A DNA stretch of 64,000 nucleotides, taken from Candidatus Adlerbacteria bacterium (GTDB lineage Bacteria; Patescibacteriota; Minisyncoccia; Phycocordibacterales; SBAW01). The DNA is taken from assembly GCA_903851045.1 (NCBI GenBank), contig CAINNF010000017.1, forward strand, positions 34,353-98,352, written 5' to 3'. Shown piece after piece: positions 55,953 to 64,000 of this stretch. A program made the translations under genes and the position numbers. Every line of letters begins with the position of its first letter. The first letter of the stretch is position 1. The notes below the pieces were generated by a model, which saw only the letters and a program-made list of their open reading frames with translations, was not told the DNA's origin and did not search any database.

Positions 55953-56063
55953 TCGTTAGCTCCCGCAAGTGAAGTTCCGAAGAACGTATAAACCTAGACC
56001 ACAGTACCACCAAGACTACGCTTGTCAAAAAAGAAAAGTGCACAACTTTGATATACTTCTGGC

Positions 56064-56924
56064 ATGCGGTCTCCTACGGTACCGAAATCTCGACGAAGTA
56101 TCAAGAACGCCTCTGTGCCTATCAAGTACTGGAGTCATTCGTCATTGATGGCGTTTTTGCGCAATCCTTTAGCGTGGTACAAGCGCTACGTCGAGGAGAT
56201 ATACGATACCCCGTCATCTCCTTCGGGTATCGTCGGTCGCGCGGCGCATACGGCACTCCAGCACTATTACGGCGGCATAGACAAGGTGGGCGCAGTCGCT
56301 TTAGGACTCGAATATCTGCGCGGTGTTCCTGATTTCGAGATCAATTTCGGCAAGGCGCGTACGCGTGCGGCGAAGAAGGAGAAACGACTCTCGATGGAGC
56401 GGGAGTATCTGCAAGCGGTCGGTTTTTATCTTGAGCGACCTCCGAAACATGATGTGGTCGGGGTCGAAGTGAAAGGGATGGCGACGGTCAAAGGACTTCC
56501 ACTCCCGCTCAAGGCGGTCTCCGACCTCGTCGTGAAGTCTCGGGTAGAGAAGGGGGCGCTGGATATCGTCGACCACAAGTTCGTCGACACGTTCAGCAAG
56601 AGCGGGGCGGGGAAGTCGCTCTTCGTCATCCAAGCGCTCTTCAACTATTACACCGTGCGCGAAAAGTACGAGAAACCCGTGCGGCGATTCATCGTGATCG
56701 AGTGCAAGAAGTCGAAGAATGCCGACGGGAAGCGCCAGCTGCGTCGGTATACCATCGACTTCAAGGATCATACCGAGGAGTTCGCGCTGTTCCACCGACT
56801 TATCAAAGATGCGACGGCCGAGATAGCTCGTCGTCGCATCTATTTGCCGAACCCATCCGACATGTTCGAAGGGGAGGATTCGTTTGCCGTGTATCGGCTT
56901 CAGTTGGTCGAGACTAATTCGTAG
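56064..56924 (+). CDS. PD-(D/E)XK nuclease family protein (RecB/AddAB C-terminal-like)
   Basis: WSHSSL, GRAAHTAL, VEVK, SDLVV, IVDHK and QALFNY. Confidence 0.8.
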   Translation: MRSPTVPKSRRSIKNASVPIKYWSHSSLMAFLRNPLAWYKRYVEEIYDTPSSPSGIVGRAAHTALQHYYGGIDKVGAVALGLEYLRGVPDFEINFGKARTRAAKKEKRLSMEREYLQAVGFYLERPPKHDVVGVEVKGMATVKGLPLPLKAVSDLVVKSRVEKGALDIVDHKFVDTFSKSGAGKSLFVIQALFNYYTVREKYEKPVRRFIVIECKKSKNADGKRQLRRYTIDFKDHTEEFALFHRLIKDATAEIARRRIYLPNPSDMFEGEDSFAVYRLQLVETNS

Positions 56925-57663
56925 GCGTAGTGGTCGCTTGCCCTGAGCCTGTCGAAGGGGAGACCGTACCCGCACCGCCTGGAAGCTGGGCGAGTACCGC
57001 GTCTATTGCAGCGCGCATAGAGTCGTATGGTTGGTTACCTTCAAGTGTGACCGCGTCTTTGCCGACCATGATGAGGATGTGCGGTGTCCCTTGGGCACCC
57101 AAAGCAATCGCTTCGTTATAGCTCGCGGTGATCTTCGAGGTGTACTTGCCGCTGCTGAGGCACTGGTTGAACGTATCGACATTGAGTCCGATGTTCTTGG
57201 CGATGACGGGGAGCTGTGCAAGGTCGAGGTTGTTCTCTCCTGGCGTGATCAGGTAGACCTGGTCAAGATATTTGTAGAACGAAGCGTCGCCCCCCTGGTC
57301 AGCCGCGCACTCGGCCGCCTCTGCCTCTTTTGGTGCCTTGGAATGGATCTGGGTGAGCGGGAACGGTCGGTAGACCCAGGCGACCTTGCCCGATGGCCCG
57401 TAGTAGTCCATGACCTGATGCATGGTGGTGTTGAAGGTCTTACAAAACGGACATTCGAGATCGGCATACTCGATGACCTTGACCGGTGCGCTCGGGTCGC
57501 CAAGGATATGGTCGACCGTTGGCTGATACTCGCGTGCAGCGGTCGTTTTTTGCGTTCCGCCCGCAGCACCCGGGTTGTTCGATTTACCGACCAAAAACAC
57601 CGCACCCGCAATAAGTGCACCGGCGACCACTATGGTTATGGGAAGAAGATATTCGCTTTTCAT
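56914..57663 (-). CDS. DsbA-family thioredoxin-fold oxidoreductase, membrane anchored
   Basis: EYADLECPFCK, YRPFPL..IH, AAECA and cis-Pro motif GTP. Confidence 0.93.
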   Translation of the reverse strand: MKSEYLLPITIVVAGALIAGAVFLVGKSNNPGAAGGTQKTTAAREYQPTVDHILGDPSAPVKVIEYADLECPFCKTFNTTMHQVMDYYGPSGKVAWVYRPFPLTQIHSKAPKEAEAAECAADQGGDASFYKYLDQVYLITPGENNLDLAQLPVIAKNIGLNVDTFNQCLSSGKYTSKITASYNEAIALGAQGTPHILIMVGKDAVTLEGNQPYDSMRAAIDAVLAQLPGGAGTVSPSTGSGQATTTPTN

Positions 57664-57857
57664 ATGAGACTATAAAGTTAGTATGCGGATATTGTAGCAT
57701 AGGCGCCACGAGAGCTCTATTGTTGGAAGGATGCATGTCCGTAGCGGTGCTGGTCAAGCCGACGAGTGCAGGGTATTAACAACATGCTTATTGTTGTATT
57801 AGATTTATATCGGAGCCCTGTACGTTGTAAGCGCCTTTACATCCCACCGCTACATAT

Positions 57858-58451
57858 GTGGGTGGAGGTATCGTGCACAACCAGGTATCGCTCCACAACC
57901 AACGAAAGGATACTGACGTGACTCAGGATACAGCGAAAGGTACTCAAGCGATTTCCCCCTCCGAGGAGGTTTTCGCCAAGATTTTGGTTGCGGTGATCTT
58001 GGGTAAAGTTCGACCCAATGCCCATCGTGGCGAGCCACCGTTCCTGCAGAAGTTTCGAAGTCTTGCGCTCCAGCTGCGTCGAGAGACCAGTACCGAAGCG
58101 CTCAATGCTTTTTTTGAAGATTGGAGGCCCGCACTCCATGTCTACCTGGACGCGCTTTTCGACGCTCTGACGGGATTTGCCGAGAGTGAAGCGACGGTGG
58201 CAAAACTGTCAGGACTTCCGATACCGCAACGGCTCGTCATCGAACGACTCGTTGCGACTCAGACCGGAAGGGGTGATCGTCATGGTCGTTGGGCTGATGA
58301 GCTCTGGGAGCTCAAAAACTGGCTGATTGCCACGACCGACAGCTCTCCCAGCGGACTGACCCTGGAGCAGGTTCGAGTCGGTTTCGATAGTATTGCACAC
58401 CGCGCGCTTAATCTGTTGCTCGACAATCGCCAGCTGTTGATGGGCTCGTAA
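57858..58451 (+). CDS. hypothetical helical protein
   Basis: 197-aa ORF (start may be GTG 57918 after AAAGGA); terminator at 58481-58515. Confidence 0.65.
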   Translation: MGGGIVHNQVSLHNQRKDTDVTQDTAKGTQAISPSEEVFAKILVAVILGKVRPNAHRGEPPFLQKFRSLALQLRRETSTEALNAFFEDWRPALHVYLDALFDALTGFAESEATVAKLSGLPIPQRLVIERLVATQTGRGDRHGRWADELWELKNWLIATTDSSPSGLTLEQVRVGFDSIAHRALNLLLDNRQLLMGS

Positions 58452-58521
58452 GGGATCATACCTCGCAGCTCTGTGCTGCAAAGGCTTCACGACTCGTTCG
58501 TGGAGCCTTTTTTTCTACATT

Positions 58522-59097
58522 CTAGAACGGCAGTGTGTGGGTTATTGCTGGGGCGTCTTCGATGACCTCCCACTTCGACGGATTGAGTTTCACTTCGCGG
58601 ATGCCGTCGAAGTCTTTGTACTTGAGGGATTTATTTTTCTTGGCGTATTCGTAGATGTCTTTGGTGATGCGGACGTCCTCCTCGCAGTACTCGCGTAGTT
58701 TGTCGAGCTCGCCATTTTTGAACCATTCGACCGCTTCGAGGCCGTGACCGATCTTGTTTCGCCCTAGTGTCGCCTCGGCGATGTTGTCGAGCTTGAGTCG
58801 GCGGCCGAGCACGTTCTTGACCTCCTTCAGCAGGTCGACACTTTTTATCTTGGTGAGGTCGCCCGAGTAATATTTGTTGAGGATAGGGATGTCGAAGTGG
58901 TCGGAGTTGTAGCCGATGAGGAGGTCGGCACGCTCCAGGATGCTCCAGAGTTTTGGGAGTTCATCGCGAAAGTAACTCGAGAATTTGCCGGTCTTGGAGT
59001 CGTGGATACTGACGATCGTCAGTTCTTGCGCGTTGAAGTCGAAGCTACCGTTCGCAGATTCGCCCGTCGTCTCTATGTCGAAAACGATACGTCGCAT
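58522..59097 (-). CDS. DnaQ-like 3'-5' exonuclease (RNase_H_2/YprB-like)
   Basis: VFDIET, IGYNSDHFD, LKLDNIAEATLG and YCEEDVRIT. Confidence 0.88.
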   Translation of the reverse strand: MRRIVFDIETTGESANGSFDFNAQELTIVSIHDSKTGKFSSYFRDELPKLWSILERADLLIGYNSDHFDIPILNKYYSGDLTKIKSVDLLKEVKNVLGRRLKLDNIAEATLGRNKIGHGLEAVEWFKNGELDKLREYCEEDVRITKDIYEYAKKNKSLKYKDFDGIREVKLNPSKWEVIEDAPAITHTLPF

Positions 59098-59099
59098 AG

Positions 59100-60347
59100 C
59101 TAGCGTGTGGTGAAGTACCCTACTAATTCGTCCCGTCGTAGCGACACCTCTTTACCGGTGTCGAGCGAACGCACTTTGAACTCGCCCGAACGCTGTTCAT
59201 CCTCGCCAACGACGATGACGAACGGGATCTTGTGTTTGGTGGCGGCCTTGATCTGGTCGCCGAGCTTCCTGTCGGCAAAGTCCACGGCGGTATTCACTCG
59301 ACCCGTGCGTAGTTCGTGCGCGATCCCGAGTGCAAAGGGGACAAGCTCTGCGTCGGTGACGACGAGATAGACCTTGGTCGGCGGGATGTAGGGCGGCAGG
59401 AGGTCGCGCACAGCGAGGAAGTCGCGAATGGTCACGTCGCCCATGCCGAAGCCAACACCCGAGATGGACTCGTCATCGAAGAGTGCGGTGAGGTTGTCAT
59501 AGCGCCCACCACCAAAAAGCGCACGGTTGTTCTCGGGGTGGGTGTCGTACACCTCGAACACGAGTCCCGTGTAGTAGTTGAAACCGCGCACAATCGACGG
59601 GTCGAAGTGTGCGTTCCCGACACCGACGTCTTCGAGAAGCTGCAACACCTGGGTGACCTCTTCAGGTTCTTCGTTGCCCGAGATACTGCTTAGCGGCACA
59701 CCCAAGACTTCGAGCTTCACTTCGAACTCTTCGGCCGGCATCTTGCCGCGTCGGTCAAGGAGCGCAACAAGTGCGCGCGAACTTTCGGGAGAGAGCCCAT
59801 GTCTGAGCGCGAGCTCATCGAGGAACGCACGGCTGCCGATCTTGATAACGAAGTCGGACGACTTCGCGCCGAACGCGAACATAAGATCGTGCGCGACCAT
59901 CATCAGTTCGGCGTCCGAGGCGAGCGACTTCGACCCAAACAGGTCGACGTTGAGCTGCCAGTGCTCGCGGAGTCGCCCACGCTGGGGGCGCTCATAGCGA
60001 AAGACGTTCGGGATAGAGAACAGTCGTAGTGGGAAGCCGAGTTCGCGGCGACGGCCGGACACCATGCGCGCCACGGTTGGCGTCATCTCGGGGCGCAGCG
60101 TCACCTCTCTGCCACCACGGTCGATGAAGGTGTAGGTCTGTTCGTTGACCATCTCTTCGTTCTCGGCACCTTTGGCTTTGTAGAGCTCCGCTGGCTCCAG
60201 CACCGAGGCATGGTACTCGACATAGCCGAAGCGTTGCACCGCATCGCGGCAGGTCGCCACGAGATAGTTGAAGAACGCTTGGTCCTCTGGATAAAAGTCA
60301 CGGACGCCCTTGTAGGCCTCGGTCGATAGCTTCTCTTTTTTGCTCAT
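59100..60347 (-). CDS. hisS: histidine--tRNA ligase
   Basis: KGVRDFYP, LRPEMTP, FRYERPQRGRLREH, RGFNYYTG and GGGRYD. Confidence 0.97.
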   Translation of the reverse strand: MSKKEKLSTEAYKGVRDFYPEDQAFFNYLVATCRDAVQRFGYVEYHASVLEPAELYKAKGAENEEMVNEQTYTFIDRGGREVTLRPEMTPTVARMVSGRRRELGFPLRLFSIPNVFRYERPQRGRLREHWQLNVDLFGSKSLASDAELMMVAHDLMFAFGAKSSDFVIKIGSRAFLDELALRHGLSPESSRALVALLDRRGKMPAEEFEVKLEVLGVPLSSISGNEEPEEVTQVLQLLEDVGVGNAHFDPSIVRGFNYYTGLVFEVYDTHPENNRALFGGGRYDNLTALFDDESISGVGFGMGDVTIRDFLAVRDLLPPYIPPTKVYLVVTDAELVPFALGIAHELRTGRVNTAVDFADRKLGDQIKAATKHKIPFVIVVGEDEQRSGEFKVRSLDTGKEVSLRRDELVGYFTTR

Positions 60348-60384
60348 ATCGCTGTTACAGAGTATTCTAGCAGAAAACAGCTCT

Positions 60385-61191
60385 ATGGACGATATCGAAC
60401 ATGACACACTAACCACACCAAAACGAGCGGGCGACAGAGTGCTCAATTTGTACAAGAACTTGTGCGAGACTCCACGCGAGCGCCTGGAACGTCTGCGCCG
60501 TGAGAAGCCGGAGTACGCGCACGAAGTGCTCTCGTATGCAGGAAGGCTCGACCCGATGGCCGAGGGCGTGCTTTTGGCGCTGGTCGGCTCGGCCAACACC
60601 AATCGTGCCGCGTATCTCGACATGAGCAAAGAGTACGTGCTCGATGTCTTGTTCGGCTTCTCGACCGATACCTACGACATCCTTGGGCGTGTCATGGAGA
60701 CCGGTGACGCGACGCGCATCACGAAGGGTGTGATAGAGAAGAGTCTGAACGAGTTTCGCGGGACGCGGTCGCAGGAGTATCCGCCATACTCGTCCAAGAC
60801 GGTCGACGGCAAGTCGCTTTTCGACTGGGCGCGCTCCAGCATGTTGTCGTCGATCACCATCCCAAGCAAGACGGTGACCGTCTATGATATCGAACTGACG
60901 TCGGTCTATAAGTTGAGCGAGAAGACCTTGTTGAACTATATAGAGAAGAGTGTGGGAGGCGTGCAAGGAGACTTCCGTCAGGACGAGATACTCCAGACCT
61001 GGGCGCGCACGCTTCGCAAGGATGGCGGTCGTGACTTTCCCTGTGCGACCATCAAGTTCTCCTGCTCCTCGGGCGTCTACGCGCGCTCGATAGCGCACGG
61101 CATGGGCCAAGACCTCGGCGTCCCCGCGCTCGCGCTCCACATCCTGCGCACCAAGGTGGGGGAGTACACAGTGGAGAAGAGTTTGAAGTAG
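60385..61191 (+). CDS. truB: TruB-family tRNA pseudouridine synthase
   Basis: YAGRLDPMAEGVL, KEY, TDTYDILG, QEYPPYSS and CSSGVYARS. Confidence 0.85.
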   Translation: MDDIEHDTLTTPKRAGDRVLNLYKNLCETPRERLERLRREKPEYAHEVLSYAGRLDPMAEGVLLALVGSANTNRAAYLDMSKEYVLDVLFGFSTDTYDILGRVMETGDATRITKGVIEKSLNEFRGTRSQEYPPYSSKTVDGKSLFDWARSSMLSSITIPSKTVTVYDIELTSVYKLSEKTLLNYIEKSVGGVQGDFRQDEILQTWARTLRKDGGRDFPCATIKFSCSSGVYARSIAHGMGQDLGVPALALHILRTKVGEYTVEKSLK

Positions 61192-61223
61192 ACGAATCTG
61201 TCGGGTCGTTGTACCTTTTCACC

Positions 61224-61754
61224 ATGGCCACTCCGCTGCAGCGACCCAAAGAGGACCAAAATATATGGAACTTTGTGCTATCGCTGTTCTTTGTGCTCGT
61301 GCTTGTGCTCGCCCTGTGGGAGGTCTTCGGCGAACAGCATGCCTTCCCGCACACGGTCCCTGTGTTCGACGCGGTGCTCATGGCGCTCGCGACCTTTCGG
61401 GTGACGCGGCTTATCGTGTATGACAAGATCACGCGCTGGTTCCGTGAACTGTTCGTACACAAGCGAGAGACCAAAAAGGACGACGGCGTGTGGGTCGAGC
61501 TGATACCGTACCGCAGCGGCTTCCTCGCCACCGTCCACGACCTCCTCGGGTGCCCCTGGTGCATCAGCTTCTGGTCGGCGCTCATCATCGCCTTCATCTA
61601 CTTCATATTTCCCTGGGCATGGTTCGTCATTTTCCTCCTTGCGCTCGCTGGTGCCGGCTCGTTCGTCCAACTCGCTGCCAACCTCGTCGGCTGGCAAGCC
61701 GAAAACCTCAAACAAGACTCTCACGAAAAGGAATCCCGCGCCGCGGGAAAATAA
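61224..61754 (+). CDS. DUF1360-like membrane protein
   Basis: LATFRVTRLIVYDKI...LLGCPWCISFW. Confidence 0.8.
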   Translation: MATPLQRPKEDQNIWNFVLSLFFVLVLVLALWEVFGEQHAFPHTVPVFDAVLMALATFRVTRLIVYDKITRWFRELFVHKRETKKDDGVWVELIPYRSGFLATVHDLLGCPWCISFWSALIIAFIYFIFPWAWFVIFLLALAGAGSFVQLAANLVGWQAENLKQDSHEKESRAAGK

Positions 61755-61818
61755 AAGGTATGGTTTTCTTAAAAAATTGACCCGAGGTACTCGTTGACGT
61801 TCTTTACTTGTATGTGGT

Positions 61819-62403
61819 ATGGTTCTTTCAGTCGTGATGGAGGTTTGTGCTGTGGGAAATGTTGCTGTGTCAGGTCCTATGTGGCGCGAGGAGGACGGTA
61901 TTATCTATCTTTCGGTCACCTCAGATGGGACAACGGGTCCCGACTGGATTGATCGTCTTGAACGCGACGAAAGGTTTGGGCAAAAAGGTTTCGGTCTTTG
62001 TTCCGATGCTGAGAAGCTGATCGGTACTATGGAGTTCGTATCGACGACTGGTGTGGAGATGGAGATTGCAATCCTGAAAGGTTCGCGCCTTGTGCACGGC
62101 AATCGCACCCTGCGGCAGGTCTATGAAGAATCATTTGCTCGGCAGTATGCATCGTTGACCGTTGAAGCCGCCTGCCTTGTTCGTGTTGCGGTTACGGACG
62201 AAGATATTGCGGCCATGGGGTTGCAGGCGGTCGTCGTGATGCACGAGCCAGCCTACGACCAAGACCATCAGTTTCGGTATGTGATCGAAGTGCCACGTGA
62301 GAAAGATGACTTCATCTTGGATGTGTACCCCCACTACCTCGATGAAGAAGTGTCAGAGGATACAGGGTTCGCTTTCTTGGTGCCAAAGGCCCGGTCTGCA
62401 TAA
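61819..62403 (+). CDS. hypothetical protein
   Basis: WREEDGIIYLSVTSDGTTG...EAACLVR...VVMHEP; start uncertain; terminator at 62432-62465. Confidence 0.7.
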   Translation: MVLSVVMEVCAVGNVAVSGPMWREEDGIIYLSVTSDGTTGPDWIDRLERDERFGQKGFGLCSDAEKLIGTMEFVSTTGVEMEIAILKGSRLVHGNRTLRQVYEESFARQYASLTVEAACLVRVAVTDEDIAAMGLQAVVVMHEPAYDQDHQFRYVIEVPREKDDFILDVYPHYLDEEVSEDTGFAFLVPKARSA

Positions 62404-62589
62404 TCGATCGAAATCTAATGCCGTTGCGTGGCCCCGCTCCTCACCGAGCGGGGTTTATCTTTTGTAGGACAGGGGCAAGGCACCGTGTTTTTTCTCGCTT
62501 GCGTCCAAGCTATTGAACCATTACGCACCTATGGACAATGTCGCATGTTTGTTATACGGTATTTCAAGATCCCATAGTGAGCACAGGAG

Positions 62590-63159
62590 ATGATCGTGAA
62601 TATCGCGCAGTGGCTACAAGAAGAGCCCCGTGGAGTACGACAGACTCTACGGACGGGTGTGTTCGTATGGCTGAGCATGGTAGTGTTCACTGTTTGTGTG
62701 GCGGGATCGATAAGTGTGATCGCTGTACTGCTTGGCGTCGACACGACGGATGCACTGCGGCACTTCGGTATGTTCCTGGACCCAACCGAAGAACTTCAGT
62801 ATTTCAAGATAACGCCCTCGCTCGACTCGATCGTGCATCTGTCGATCGCTGCGCCACTCGAAGAGCTGCTGTTTCGTGCGCTACCACTGCTGCTCGTGAT
62901 AGTGTTGGTCACCAAGCGCTTGAGCGGTGTCATCACGGTCGCAGTGCTGTCTTCGGGAGTGTTCGGCTGGCTTCACGGAGGATGGGGGTATGTGCCGTTC
63001 TACGGCATGATCGGACTCATACTGTCCGCACTCTTTCTGAAGTGTGGAGGAATGCGAGGTGCCTTCGAGAAGCCTTATCTCGTCGCATCACTAACCCATC
63101 TCGCTATCAACCTGACAAACTTGGCGTATGACGCGCTGCTTCTGATGTTGGTGCGGTGA
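62590..63159 (+). CDS. CPBP/Abi (type II CAAX) intramembrane metalloprotease
   Basis: APLEELLFR, FGWLH and THLAIN. Confidence 0.88.
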   Translation: MIVNIAQWLQEEPRGVRQTLRTGVFVWLSMVVFTVCVAGSISVIAVLLGVDTTDALRHFGMFLDPTEELQYFKITPSLDSIVHLSIAAPLEELLFRALPLLLVIVLVTKRLSGVITVAVLSSGVFGWLHGGWGYVPFYGMIGLILSALFLKCGGMRGAFEKPYLVASLTHLAINLTNLAYDALLLMLVR

Positions 63160-63243
63160 TCGTTATCTCATATACAAGAGGGGACTCGCGACAACAGGGC
63201 GGCGATCAGTAGATGGCCGCCTTTTTCTATATACAAAACATCA

Positions 63244-63693
63244 TTAAAACCGTACTGGTATCTCGATTCGCTTGTCTTTGGTGGGGTCGCCGGAAGGGTT
63301 GTCGTTTTTGAGGATAAGGGTGCCGGTCGTGGTTGTTGGTGTAGTGAAGGTGAGCGTAACGGTAAAGGGTACGAAGTCGGTGGTCGTCCATTCGCCTTGG
63401 GCGGTGATATGGCCGGACGCTACGACGGTGCCGCTCGCATCCAACAAGAAGATAGGCGCTGAACCCTCGAAGTACCATGGGCCGCGCGCTTTGCCGGATA
63501 TGACGAGCGGGGAGCGAACGGTGGTACCTGGGAGTGGCGAGTTGACAACGACCAGGTCTGGCCGTGTCGCGGGTTCTACCGAGGTCGTCTGTTGGTTGGT
63601 CGGAGCTCGAAGCTCGCTTGGTATGCCGACACTAATGAACGCAATGACAATCGCGAAGAGTAGTATGACAAAAGCGATGATTCTTTTGCTCAT
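63244..63693 (-). CDS. Gmad2 Ig-like domain membrane-anchored protein
   Basis: N-terminal TM; SPLVISGKARGPWYFEG...FVPF...NDNPSG. Confidence 0.8.
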   Translation of the reverse strand: MSKRIIAFVILLFAIVIAFISVGIPSELRAPTNQQTTSVEPATRPDLVVVNSPLPGTTVRSPLVISGKARGPWYFEGSAPIFLLDASGTVVASGHITAQGEWTTTDFVPFTVTLTFTTPTTTTGTLILKNDNPSGDPTKDKRIEIPVRF

Positions 63694-63717
63694 ATGTGCA
63701 TGGGCGAAGTGACGGTG

Positions 63718-64000
63718 TTAGTGGATCTTGTTCGTGAGAGTTTCGATGAAGGCTTCTGTCTCGTGCGGGCCAAAGACCGCGTGGGTCGGTATGCCGGTCT
63801 CGAGGACGACCGAATCGTTGCCGCCCTCGTCGAGCGCGTCGCCGACATACAGCATCTCGGTGATCGGCACCTTCGTCAGTTCGGAGAGTCGTACGACGCC
63901 ATATGCTTTGGTGATACCTTTGCGAGTAATGTCGATGGTGGTCATGCCGCCCATGGCGACCGCGAAGTCTGGTAGGGTCTTGATAAGGATGCTGTAGAGA
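63718..64000 (-). CDS. HAD-IIB family hydrolase, C-terminal part (starts beyond window end)
   Basis: GGMTTIDITRKGITKAYG and YVGDALDEGGND. Confidence 0.85.
   Translation of the reverse strand, partial: LYSILIKTLPDFAVAMGGMTTIDITRKGITKAYGVVRLSELTKVPITEMLYVGDALDEGGNDSVVLETGIPTHAVFGPHETEAFIETLTNKIH

Noticed and set aside
56064-56924. Cas4 / CRISPR association of the PD-(D/E)XK nuclease
   Set aside because: It lacks the four-Cys Fe-S motif, and no array or cas genes are nearby.
50951-60629. Extended N-termini in the ORF track for the hyfE-like gene (to 51871) and hisS (to 60629)
   Set aside because: The extensions overlap real neighbouring genes; family-like sequence starts at 51610 and 60347.

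Overview
This is a 64-kb chromosomal segment, most likely from a Patescibacteria/CPR (Parcubacteria-like) bacterium. That assignment is inferred from the short SMC, the NusB-NUDIX fusion, the rpsP-khpA-trmD cluster without rimM and the hypothetical families present. TGA acts as a normal stop. Core genes are dnaE (5' part), rnhB, rpmF, nusB, rnc, smc, rnr, rpsP, khpA, trmD, a single fused rpoB-rpoC ORF, dnaG, rpoD, hisS and a truB-like gene. Three accessory loci stand out. (1) At 11.4-17.2 kb there are two operons with PspA/ESCRT-III-like proteins, a DUF2491/YjfK-like protein and two TAXI-type solute-binding domains, but no TRAP permease. (2) A 12.3-kb island between dnaG and rpoD carries its own tatC/tatA genes, a KR-type Tat substrate, a signal-less repeat fibre, a 1311-aa protein with a YadA-like 15/19-residue stalk ending in a dockerin, and two membrane-anchored cohesin-like proteins. 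(3) At 47.9-55.1 kb a Hyf/Ehr-type membrane complex has a large subunit without Ni-binding cysteines and a small subunit that has lost 3 of 4 Fe-S cysteines; a carbonic-anhydrase-like gene lies upstream. Smaller observations are an orphan MazF facing a candidate antisense RNA, a hidden operon of three membrane micropeptides, and a leaderless architecture at many core genes. No rRNA, tRNA, CRISPR array, transposase or integrase was seen. Family calls come from motif recognition only; no database search was run.
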